Assembly (NCBI GenBank): GCA_030390025.1
Contig: CM059432.1
Coordinates: 60,514,001-60,578,000 of the forward strand
Source: Squalus acanthias
Taxonomy: Eukaryota
Reading direction: 5' to 3'
DNA length: 64,000 bases
Numbering within the stretch: the stretch's first letter is position 1; each line of letters opens with the position of its first letter. Position numbers and translations under genes: made by a program. Under the pieces are notes generated by a model. It was not told where the DNA came from. It did no database searches and was given only the letters and a program-made list of their open reading frames with translations. Shown piece after piece: positions 23,776 through 34,412 of this stretch.

Positions 23776-24311
23776 CTATCAGATAAGGTTTAATTAAAAA
23801 TTGTCAATACAGAGAATATTTATGACTTCACAGAAAATTGACTATTACCATAACCAACACAATCAGCAATTAGAAATTCTGGTTCTCGTCTTTAGCTGAC
23901 TGTAGTCAGGCTATTTTAGCAGATATTCTGAATATCTAGTAAACATGGCAATGTTTGTAGCTGCCATACAGATGAGAAGAGTCCAAGTTTAATTTCCAGC
24001 TTGTTCTTCAATTTCCAGCCTGTGCTGAGTTAGGTGATCTCACCTAAAGTGCTTTCAGGAGAAATGGGGTGGAGCTAGCTTACCTTAGCTACCCTAGTCA
24101 GGTCGTTGAAATTGGATCTGCACTGTTCATCACACCTTGGGGTCAGGGAAATACCAACGAGAGCCACAGCAACCTCTCTCCACAAGGTGATAACATGCAA
24201 GGGTATTAATCATCAGTGTATAGTAATACAGGCTGTAACCTTATTGAAAAATAATCCGCATCAGATCACCAAAATATTATATGCTCAGTAATCTGTTTCT
24301 CCAAGTCATAC

Positions 24312-24451
24312 CTGTTTGAACCATACTTCAGTCTTTGCTTCCAATTCATGGATATGGCGAATCACTTTGCAGACAAATGGTAATGAAGTTTTCATCCAAT
24401 CACAGTTATGGTATGCAGAGGAACCGAGATGATGTGAACCTTTGTTCATCT
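24312..24451 (-). CDS. CCDC178: CCDC178 coding exon 3 (EMNKGSHHLGSSAYHNCDWMKTSLPFVCKVIRHIHELEAKTEVWFKQ)
   Basis: Aligns with recalled human VNKG..HSCAVVNIPAPCVNKMISHIQDVESKIQEHLKR. AG acceptor, GTATGA donor, 140 nt, phase 1 to 0. Confidence 0.82.
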
Positions 24452-24619
24452 CTTGGTGGGAAAAAAACCCAAAATTAATGTCTATAATGAAATATAGCCT
24501 TTGTTCTTTCCATCCTCCAAATTGATGAATACATATTCTATGCTAGGAGGGCCCAAACTTTATCTCTGTGGGATATTTGTTTGCCTATTGGCTCACATAT
24601 AGAAAAAAAAGACAACAGC

Positions 24620-25135
24620 AATAAAAAAAAAGATTTACAAGGATGATACCAGAACTGCAAGGTTATACCTATCAGGAAAGAATAAACAGGCTGGGTCTCT
24701 TTTCTCTGGAAGAGAGAAGGCTGAGGGGTGACAAAATTGAGGTCTTCAAAATTATGAAAAGTTTTGCTAGATTAGACAAAGAGAGAGAGCTTCCACTTAT
24801 GGGGAAGAGCAAAACTACAGGCCAAGTTAGTCACCAAGAAATCAAATATGGAATTCAGAAGAAACTTTCTATGTAATTTTATGTAATTCTAATTCTTTAT
24901 CCAGAGAGTGGGGAGAATGTGGAACTCGCTATCACAGGGAGTAGTTGAGGTGAATAGTATAGATGCATTTAAGGGGAAGCTAGATAAGCATATGAGGGAG
25001 AAGGGAATTGAGGGTTATGTTGAGTTAAATGAGGAAGGATGGGAGGAGGCTCGATTGGTGCATAAACACCAGCATGGACTGGTTGGGTCGAATGGCCTGT
25101 TTCTGTGCTGTATATTCTATGTAATTCTATGTACT
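24620..25135 (+). mobile_element. CR1 3' fragment
   Basis: RLGLFSLEERRLRGD, MWNSL, and tail ATTCTATGTAATTCTATGTA. Confidence 0.88.
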
Positions 25136-26180
25136 ACTACTAGTCCTCCTCATTGAGAACTTGCTTGGGATGAAGCTGGGTTTCATACACGTTTTGCATC
25201 CTTTTGATGCTTTGGTTTCCTTCGCTTCCTCCTACTCCCTTCCGGTTCACAATGTGCACCTGCATTCAATTGCTTGGAACAGCAGGTAGAAGTCAGGGAG
25301 GGGGAGTTGGGTGCTGTACTGTGGACTGGGATGGAAGAGAGCCAGCAATAGTACTCCATGTATGCAGGCATGATGGCCTAAACTCACTGGCTGTAATTTG
25401 GACACCCCTGTTCTACACTATACCATAATAAGGATTACCAACAAGTGCTATAAGGTACACGTAATTTAAACACAACTTTTAGTTTAAACAAGACTAAGTC
25501 AATAAAAATAGTCATGCAGCAAATGAAAGATCTTGAAAATAAAAGCTCGTCACCAATAACATACCATGGTTATCGGGGCACCATAAGTATAGTTTGCCTG
25601 GTCACATGTTCTATAGAACAAATATTTCATGATATTTTATGGTACCATTTTCCCCCTCCCCTTTTCTGCACCACCCTCATAGCTTTGCCTCTTCCTTTTG
25701 CTAACTTTCTCAGTCGGACCTAACCTGGACTATTCTGGGTTACATGGAGGACTCAGCACAATGACTCTCCAATTTAATATCGGTCATAAAAATCAGGCAA
25801 CCTAACTAAAGCTAGACACTGAGTCAGGGAGACTCCCTGTTCAAGTTCAAAATGCCCCACGTAGCAAGTGGCTGCCAAAATTTATCTGCATTAAGAGTTA
25901 GAGTCACTATATTAATAATAGTATAGCCTGAAAATTTGGCCAATATACATTACATTTGTGCTACAACTTTTTAATATAGTTGCATTCAGAAACTCAGTGT
26001 ATATTAACTAAATTCAGCCTAAAGGGATAGGATTCATGCAGGTAGGTCGGATTATATAAATGAGGTTTGACTGGAAACGTTAGGTTATTCCACCATTAGA
26101 ACACCACGTTGGATGGCTTTTGATAGAGTTGACACAGTAATTTTTTAAATTTAGACACCTAGGTAAAGGGATAAAAAAAA

Positions 26181-27073
26181 GGGGGATAAATTCAGTATCG
26201 CCCCATTTGGGGCGCAATTATCGGCCGGGCGCAAAGATTAGCGCCTGGCGCTATTTATCGCCTCCGACTGCAAACTTGACTTTTATCGACCCTGGAGGTG
26301 ATTGGAGCGCTAAATCAGGCGCTACACACCTGTCTTAAGGCGCAAAGGCCGAGGAGCGAGGCGCTAGCTCAGAGTGCTGGCGAATCTCATGTGATGTCAG
26401 TCAGCAATGGAACACAGACACAATGGCGCCGGCCAGTTCTTAAAGGGGCGGGTTGATCTTGCTTTCCATCCACATCCTGCTCATTGCAGCCTTGAATCTC
26501 GGCCTGGAGAGACCTGTACATCAAGTCTGCTGGAAAGAACAATGAAGAGAACCAGGGAAAGAGCTCAGAGTGCAGCCCCCAGAGTCTCTTCTAAATCGAT
26601 ACAAGGAAGGGCAAATCAAAATGAACCTGCAAAGTGCTGCTCAGTACCCAAAACTCCTTCACACAGCGTTGAATCTCTCCAGAAGTCTCTCTCTCTCTCT
26701 CTCAGAATGCGTGGTTCAAAAATGTCACCAACAAAAAAAGGCAGGAAGCGGTCGCCTTTAAATAGCGCTCCCCCAGTCCCTTCCTGACTGCAAAACGCTC
26801 CCCTCAACCTGTCGTTGCTAGCGGCAGGCGGTAAGGCAGGGGGCGCCACTCAATATCCGCTCAGGGGCACTACCGGGGTGTTGCGCACTCGACTGACGTC
26901 ACGATCTGCTGGCGCAGGAGATCGTGGCGGTAGTGTTTAGCGCCGCCGCAAAATGTCTAGTTAATTTCGCGAGCGGCGCAAACATCGCCGCTCCCGGGCG
27001 CTAGTTGCTTTGCGCCCCATTAGCGCCCTCTTAAGGCGCTAACGGGAGGCGCAACCAACTGAATTTTTCCCCC
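26181..27073. mobile_element. Non-autonomous Harbinger-type element, 893 bp
   Basis: TIR GGGGGATAAATTCAG / CTGAATTTTTCCCCC, AAA on both flanks, many GGCGC/AGCGCC subterminal motifs. Confidence 0.82.
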
Positions 27074-27298
27074 AAAGTGTAGGACACTACCAAGGTTGAA
27101 AAGAGTAAACAATAAGATAACTAAAATCTGGAACTTGTGATTAGATGATGGAATGATGAGTAGTTAAAGTGAGCTGGAATGAGCAGTTATGGCATTTGGC
27201 TCTTAAAGTTCACATTTTTAAGAAGAGACCCATGAATTGTCACTTTTGTTTATTGTTCCTTTATGTTATTGTGATAGTTGCCAATCATGCAATCTGAC

Positions 27299-27397
27299 CT
27301 TTACTCAACGCTCCATGTGTATTATTGTGCTCTTCAGCTTGAGCTTCAGCATCATTCCAGTTTGAGTCCTGCTCGCCAGTGCCATTATTCGTACTTT
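27299..27397 (-). CDS. CCDC178: CCDC178 coding exon 2 (ESTNNGTGEQDSNWNDAEAQAEEHNNTHGALSK)
   Basis: Acceptor CCTTCAG, donor GTCAGA, 99 nt, phase 1 to 1. Ends HGALSK-E versus recalled human YGASK-E. Confidence 0.72.
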
Positions 27398-28215
27398 CTG
27401 AAGGTATATAAATGCAAGTTGAAGGGTAGAAGGGTGAGGATTTGAGAGTTTCTTTGCTTTTTTCAAAATACTTACAAACTGATGATTGAATTCTCAGATT
27501 TGTTTCAGGCAGGTCTCATTTAAAGTATTAACACATTTTCTATTATAAATTGCTCAGTTAAACAAGATCCTCGATTAACATATCTGTGATTAGTATCAGT
27601 TTCTTTGCTTTCCAAATATCAACAAAGATTGTTATTGAGAATGCATTTTTTTCTTAATCAAAAGATTAGCAATTCAGTTAAAAAATCTTTCTCTTCTGAA
27701 CCAATTTTGGGGGTTAAAGGAATTTGAATTAAAAACTAGAAAACTGCATATTGATGAACTTTTGGGAATTTTGGCCACGTCTGGCAGATGACATTTAATG
27801 TCGATAAATGGTTTGTTATACATGCTGGTAGGGCATGTACATACCATACAGGCTCGAAACTAAAGTCTGTTGAGCGGCAAAGAATCCTAGGTATTATAGT
27901 GCTTGAGTTTCTAAAGGATCACGGTCAGTACTACGATGCTACGAAAACTAAAAGGGGGCTAAATGTGATAGCCCCCGTAAACTTCGTTCGGCCTGCTAAT
28001 TTAAATGATAGTAGCGTGCAGCCCAGCTCTGAACGCGCTGTTGAGCGGCTGCACACCTCAGCAGGGAGCTCAAATTCGTGCGAAGCTAGCACCACCTAAA
28101 GTCAACCTGCACTACTTAAAGCCAGCTTGCACCTCTTAAAGGGAGGTGGATTATGGCTGGAGCAGGTGCTAGAAGTGGCTGGGGAAGACATTCTGAAAAG
28201 GAAGAATGCATACTA

Positions 28216-29270
28216 ATGACACAACAGGGGAGAGAGTAGGCTCCAAGATTTTCTGACGCAGCACTGGAGACCTTGGTGCAGGAGGTGGACAGGAGGAGAG
28301 AGGTCCTCTATCCACAGGGGGCCAGGAGGCCCTCCAACCAAACAGTGAGAAGGCAATGGGAGCAGATAGCCGTTGCAGTCAATGCCAGCAGTATAGCACC
28401 GAGGACCTGGATCCAGTACTGCAAGAAGAAGTTTAATGACCTCACACAAATGGTTAAGGTCAGTGAATTCATCTTCAAATGCCATATCGTTACAACTCAA
28501 CCACTAGGCTCACACACTGCTCAATTCACCCCCCCAACCCTGCTTCATTCACCTACCAAAAAAATCTCTATCAATCACGATTCATACCTCACATTCATAG
28601 CTTCACCTCACCCTCACACACTTAGCACTGCTGCAAGCCTCCTACCCACATCACACACTGCTAGTTAGTCAACCATGACAGCCAAATCACCCAAACAAAT
28701 TGCATCACAATCACTGACACACTTCCCTCTCTCTTGCAGGACAAGGTGGCTCATAACTGGAGGCAGCAGGGGCTACCCGCAGGGAGTCAGGCACACCTGA
28801 ATGACCTAACCCGCATGGAGGAGATGGTGGTGGAGATTATTGGAGCAGCCATCGCTGAGCCCATGGCCAGCAGCAGGGCTGAAACAATGGAAGATGATAG
28901 TATCCTCATACCTAACCTCTTTCTCACATCCCACTTCCCCCTCATCCCACAAGCTCTTCTGATTTACAAGCTGCAGATGGTGTAAGCATGCACTTCTTGC
29001 TTTCCCCCCACCACCCATCACCGCAACCCTACCCTTGTGTCTTTCTCCTTTCAGATAGCCAAGAACTGCAACCTGGCCAGGCAGTGGTGGAGTAAAAACT
29101 GGAAGAGAAATAAGTCAGTGATGCTGAAGACACAGCATCGTCACTCGATTTCACACTCGCAACCACCAGCTCAAATTTAGACACTCCGCGTACTTTAGAG
29201 GATAGCTTATACGGAAGATCTGCACAAGTTGAGTTATCGGGCATGAGTGGCCTGCAGCCAGGTCAGGGGG
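28216..29270 (+). pseudogene. Harbinger Myb/SANT gene (exons 28216-28458, 28740-28899, 29055-truncated)
   Basis: APRFSDAALETLVQEVDRRREVLYP..WEQIAVAV..RTWIQYCKKKFNDL, with GT-AG introns. Confidence 0.85.
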
Positions 29271-30072
29271 CAAGGGAAGCGGAGATGTTTAGGTTGCGGA
29301 GCGGAGTCATAAGCCAGGTGGTCAGCGGATAGTCCTTGTCACCCAGTAGCCAGCATCTGTCTTGTTTTGGTGGTTCAAAGACTGAGGGAACAGCGGATTG
29401 GCACAGAATAAAAGCATCATGACTGCTGCCAGGATACTGGGCATTCACCATCATGATGTGCTGAGCATGTTCGCACACCAACTGCACATTCAGCGAGTGG
29501 TAACCTTTGCGGTTGTGGTACACCTCAGCATTTAGATACGGTGCCCACAAAGCCACATGCGTGCAGTCAATGGTGCCACCCACCATGGGGAAGCCCGCTA
29601 TCCTGGCAAAGCCAAGTGCATGCTCCGCCTGATTCTCTCTGGTCACAGAGAAGACAATGAAGTCCCTCTCCTGGCATAGAGCTTCTGTCACCTCTCTTAA
29701 ACAGCAGTGGACGGCGAACTGCAAGATGTTACAAATGTCGCCTGCTCCAGCCTGGAAGGATCCCAGTGCGAAGAAATTCAGGGCCGCAGTCATCTTCACA
29801 GCCACTGGCAGCGCTGTCCTTGCCCTAGTGTGAGGCTGCATGTCTGGTTGCAAGAGGTGACAGAGTTCAGTGAGCACTTCCTTCGTAAAGCGCAAATGCC
29901 TCACACACTGCTCCTGGCTCAGGCTCAGGTTGGAGAATTGCTCTTGGTAGGTAGGTAAGGCCTCCTGCTGAGAGCCCTTCCCTCCCTCCTCCCTCTGAAC
30001 TTCTTCTTCGCTGCCTCTGCATCATCTCCCGTCATGCTGCAGGCCAAGGGAGATTACAACTAGAGCACCCAT
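29263..30072 (-). pseudogene. Harbinger transposase, C-terminally truncated
   Basis: 213-aa open stretch with ALPVAVK, GGTIDCTH, RKGYHSLNVQLVC, YPGSSHDAFIL, LLGDKDYPL. The final acidic catalytic motif region is absent. Confidence 0.9.
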
Positions 30073-30879
30073 GACTGGGAGCAATGGTCTGACCAGAACC
30101 CTTGAAGTCAGATGCAAGGTCTTCTCCACTTGCAGCACCACTCCCTGTCACCTCACCAACTTTAAACAACTCTAGAAAGCTGCAAACACTTCCACAAAAA
30201 TTACACAGAGCCAGTAGAAATGAATCAGCAACTGACCTGAGAGTGGTTGATGATCCCTTTAAATATTGCTAATGGTGGGCCTTTGCAGCTGCTGAACACA
30301 TGTTCAGCTGTGCAAGGTTAACACAGGGCATTACTTCCAGCGTTGAGGACGAAAATGACAGTGCTGGCGTCAAATCAGCGTTACACGCTGATTGATGTCA
30401 TGGTCTGCCTACTCTGCATACTTCTGGCGCACGCTTCCAGCACCGACACTACCACCCTCACCAAGATGGTGTCCGGCACGGCCCGCAGCAGAATTGTGCG
30501 CGCACTGTCCGGACGCCACTTTCGACCCAAAGCAGCATAAATAACGGGCACTACGCAATCGAATTTCTAGGCCTATATCTCTTACCTTCTAATTTATGAT
30601 TTGCTCTTGTTTTACTTTGACCCAATCAACAAAAAATGAAATATGAGAGACACATGACAGAAAGTGCAGGCAGGCATACACTTTTTAATATTAATGTGTT
30701 TTCCTCTTTCAACTATATATGCACATCAAAAAATTATTACAACGATATATGTGCCTATATAGAAACAATCAATACATGGTAATTATATTCAGTTAAATAG
30801 ATTAATTGGTTTAAAAGTTCTCATCATTGAAACACTGGAATTTAGAATTATACGAACAAGTTATTTTAGATTGACTGCT

Positions 30880-32378
30880 TGTTCGACCTCCTGTACTGGA
30901 TGAGCAAATATTTCCTCCAACTAAGTACTGTACTGGGAAGTCCGAAGTTATGGGGGGAATTTTAATGTTCAGGTGCGCTGGGAGCGGGAGGCCTGGTTGC
31001 GTGCAGGAAACCCAGAAGTCCGGGTCTCCCCACACGCTGTAGAGTTTTAACTCCACAGTGTGCAGGTGACGCCACTGACAGGTTCCCCACACAGAAGTCA
31101 GCCTGATTGATAGGTTGGTTTCCAGTCGTGCGGGGAACACTGGAGAAGAGGCTGCAGTCCCAGGTAAGTCTGAGTCCCGACCCCGGGGGGGGGGGGGGGC
31201 GGGGGGTGGGCGGAGGGGTCTGATCACTGGGTGTGGGAGGTCCAATCCCCAGGGGGAGTGGCTCCGATCCCTGACCTCAGGGGGGTCGGATTGCCAATCC
31301 TGGCGGGGCAGTCAGATCTCGGGGGGGGGTGGAGATTTGTAAGAGTGGGGTGGTGCTGATGGTGGGGGAGCTTGGGAGGCCGAGGGGAAGCACTCCTGCT
31401 CCTCCCGGCCCATAAGGAGTGCGCCACAAGGCTGTCCTCGCCTCCCTTCTGGTTAACTCTGCGGCTTCCAGCCTCATCATATTTAAAGTACCAACTCGCC
31501 TCCCAGGATTCAGATTTTTAACACTTTACCCTCCAACCCGACCATTTTATGGGGTTGAAATTCCACCCATTGTCTTCAGTCCCTACCACAAATTCCGTTC
31601 CCCAGCCATCGACGACATCCCTCTCCCTGGCAACTGCCTGAGGCTAAACCTGACCGTTCGCATCCTTGGTATCGTATTTGACCCCGAGATGAGCTTCCGA
31701 CCATACATCCGCTCCATCAACAAGACCGCTTACTTCCACCTCCGTAATATTGCCCAACTCCACCGCTGCCTCAGCTCATCTGTTGTTGAAACCGTCATCC
31801 ATGCCTTTGTTACCTCCAGGCACGACTATTCCAATGCTCTCCTGGCCAGCCTCCCATCTTGCATCCTACATAAACTTGAGTTCATCCACAACTCTGTTGC
31901 CCGTATCCTAACTCACTCCAAATCTCGTTTACAAGTAACCCCCGTGCTCGCTGACCTACATTGGCTCCCGGGCCGGTAACGCTTCGATTTTAAAATTCTC
32001 ATCCTTGTTTTCAAATCCCTCCATGGCCTCACCTTTCCCTATCTCTGTAACTTCCTCCAGCCCCACAACCCTCCGAGATCTCTGCGCTCATCCAATTCTG
32101 GCCTCTTGCCCATCCCCAATTTTAATCACTCCATCATTGATGGCCGTGACTTCCGCTGCCTAGGTCCCAAGCTCTGGATTTCCCTCCCTAAACATCTCCG
32201 CCTCTCTACCTCTCTCTCTTCCTTTAAGATGGTCCTTAAAACCTAACTCTATCTGTCCTAATATCCTCTTATGTGGCTCGTGTCAAATTTTGTTCGATAA
32301 TGCTCCTGTGAAACACCTCCTTGGGACATTTTACTACGTTAAAGGCGCTACATAAATGCAAGTTATTGTTGTTGTTGT
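30880..32378 (+). mobile_element. L2 LINE 3' part, interrupted by a TIR element
   Basis: Same family as 22495-23505 (FDPEMSFRP, LADLHWLP, GTT tail). Confidence 0.88.
30952..31568. mobile_element. Non-autonomous TIR element (Harbinger-type termini)
   Basis: GGGGGGAATTTTAA versus reverse-complement GGGTGGAATTTCAA (12/14). The L2 sequence GGGAAGTCCGAAG..CATTGTCTTC resumes across it. Confidence 0.72.
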
Positions 32379-32403
32379 TTATCTGTGAAAACAAGGTACC
32401 TAC

Positions 32404-32461
32404 CTAGTGGCTGAGCAGATACTCTACTGTTAGACTGACTTAACAGTTGCACCTCTGCCAT
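32404..32461 (-). CDS. CCDC178: CCDC178 first coding exon (MAEVQLLSQSNSRVSAQPL); exon spans 32487-32404, alternative in-frame ATG at 32470
   Basis: Acceptor TTTTTAAATAG, donor GTAGGT, phase 1 compatible with the next exon. Similar in length and character to the recalled human N-terminus MTENKTVSSSSTRDDQTNI. Confidence 0.72.
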
Positions 32462-32887
32462 TATGTTCATGTATGTGGATTTGGTTCCTATTTAAAAACA
32501 CAAAGCATGTTTCCTCTTAAAAATCATTGCACTAAAATTGAAGTGCTAATCTGCACTTTAATACTGACATTTGAATAGAATTATAGAATGATACAGCACG
32601 GATGGAGGCCAATAGTGTACAAAGTGTACTACTCACAAACTTACATCAACTTTAAGAACAATATAGGTTTACCTCTTTCCCCCAAAAACTGAACATACTA
32701 CCATGACGAAGAGAACTTTCATAGTATAAACAGAATGGCAGGTACACATTACATATTGTATTCAACTCATGACCCATCAATAAAACTCATTTGCAACGTT
32801 GATGTTAAGTTGGTTACTCAATTAATATTTCCAGTATTCAATGTCTCCCTACAACATATCCTCTCTATGATGCACATTTTAATATTT

Positions 32888-33550
32888 ATAGAATCATATA
32901 ATGATACTGCACAGAAAGAGGCCATTTGGCCCATCGTGCCTGTGCCGGCTCTTTGGTAGAGCTATCCAATTAATCCCACTCCCCTGCTCTTTCCCCATAT
33001 CCATGTAAATGTTTTCCCTTCAAGTATTTATCCAATTCTCTTTTGAATGTTACCGTTAAATCTGCATCCACCACCCTTTCAGGCGGTGCATTCCAGATCA
33101 CAGCAACTCGCTGTGTAAAAAAATGTTTCCTCATGTTGCCTATAGTTCTTTTGCCAATCAACTTAAATCTGTGTCCTCTGGTTACCAACCCATCTGCCAC
33201 TGGAAACAGGTCTTTAAGATAATGAAAGGGTCTGATAGGGTCGACAGAGAAAATGTTTCCACTTGGCATAAATATAAGACAGTCACTAATAAATCCTAAG
33301 GAATTCAGGAGAAACTTCTTTACCCAGAGAGTGGTAAGAATGTGGAACGTGCCACCACAAGGAGTAGTTGAGGCGACTAGCATAGATGCACTTAAGGGGA
33401 AGCTAGGTAAGCACATGAGGGAGAAAGGAATAGAAGGATATGTTGATGGAGTTAGATGAAGTAAAGTTGGAGGAGACTCGAGTGGAGCAAAACACCGGCA
33501 TTGACCAGATGGGCCGAATGGCCTGTCTATGTGATGTACACTCGTTGTAA
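32888..33550. mobile_element. Two CR1 3' fragments in opposite orientation (32888-33208 minus; ~33208-33550 plus)
   Basis: TRGHRFKL..FFTQRV on the minus strand, EFRRNFFTQRVVRMWN on the plus strand, with CR1 tails at both outer ends. Confidence 0.8.
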
Positions 33551-33734
33551 CAATCACTATTTTGTCAAAGGCACAATCGAGGAACTTGGTCCATCCTCAA
33601 GAAAATGTTTCATTCAAACTACTTTTTGGGGGTGGAGGGGAGAGAGATGGAAAATAATCAATTTAATTAAAGACTTAACTCATAATTAAAAACTCATAGA
33701 ACTAGCTAATCCCTGCAATTTCACTGATACTTAC

Positions 33735-33840
33735 AACACACGTCCCCTGGCTACATCTTGCAGCTGTGAGCAGTCAGATCGCGCAGTATTTCTGCCGGTG
33801 AAACCGCTGAATGTTTGGGCTTCGCACTCAGACAATCACC
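33735..33840 (-). other. CCDC178: Probable non-coding first exon of CCDC178 (5' boundary uncertain)
   Basis: Consensus donor GTAAGTAT at 33734-33727 at the edge of the CpG-rich region, just downstream of the X-boxes. Confidence 0.55.
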
Positions 33841-34358
33841 CGTTACCAGGCAGCGTCGGTAACCAGGCAACGGCGCCGCCAACACACCGAGACAGGGCGT
33901 GGCCACCCCTCCGACAGCCATCTTCTCAACAAACGCTGATTTCCAGTAAAGCGCACCTTTATGTACGAGAAATCATCGCACGGAAGTGATTCCCTGTCCA
34001 CGTTCTCCGGCTTTTAACCTCAACTCTTTTCAATAATAATAAACGAATGATTCCGAAAAAGATATGAAGTCTTGTCGTAATATCGCGAGAGGCGAGTGGG
34101 GGGGGTCGTGTGCGTGACCTTTGACTGGGGCGGCGCCAGGGACGCCGGGTATTGTATTGTTTTGGGTGGGCTGGGAGGAGGGGGATGGGATGGAAGAGCT
34201 GTCAGCTGGAGGGTGCAGGCGGGGGTAGCCGTGTACTGTATGTGTTAGTGTGATTGTTGTCTTCTAGTGTAGTCCTTTGCTCTTTGAGTGTCCCGTTTTT
34301 TTTCCGCTCTTCCCTAAAATAAATAATTATATATTCTGAGTGAAAAAGGAAAAAAAGA
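33740..34358. promoter_or_regulatory. CpG-rich bidirectional promoter region (CCDC178 / ASXL3)
   Basis: Non-repeat CpG cluster with RFX X-boxes at 33842-33854 and 33859-33871, YY1-like GCCATCTT at 33917, ETS CGGAAGTG at 33981, TATCGCGAGA (TMTCGCGANR) at 34081, and a GC box at ~34127. Confidence 0.75.
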
Positions 34359-34412
34359 ATGAAAGACAAAAGGAAAAAGAAGGACCGCACTTGGGCTGAG
34401 GCGGCCCGTTTG
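34359..34412 (+). CDS. ASXL3: ASXL3 (additional sex combs-like 3) coding exon 1
   Basis: MKDKRKKKDRTWAEAARL followed by donor GTATGC at 34413. Matches the ASXL3 N-terminus as recalled (ASXL1 has MKDKQKKKKERTW, ASXL2 MREKGRRKKGRTW). Synteny with CCDC178. Exon 2 was not found in the window. Confidence 0.93.

Larger units (their letters stand above)
27954..30573. mobile_element. Second Harbinger transposon with internal deletion
   Basis: Myb gene (+) and transposase (-) are convergent and both 3'-truncated at a junction near 29270. Degenerate GG..AAAT termini, TSD not clear. Confidence 0.82.

Noticed and set aside
25183..25371. Basic peptide ORF as an extra CCDC178 exon
   Set aside because: No good donor was found, and flanking exons 2 and 3 already join in phase.
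29263..29904. Domesticated HARBI1 host gene
   Set aside because: Truncated, paired with a stop-containing Myb gene and enclosed in transposon ends.
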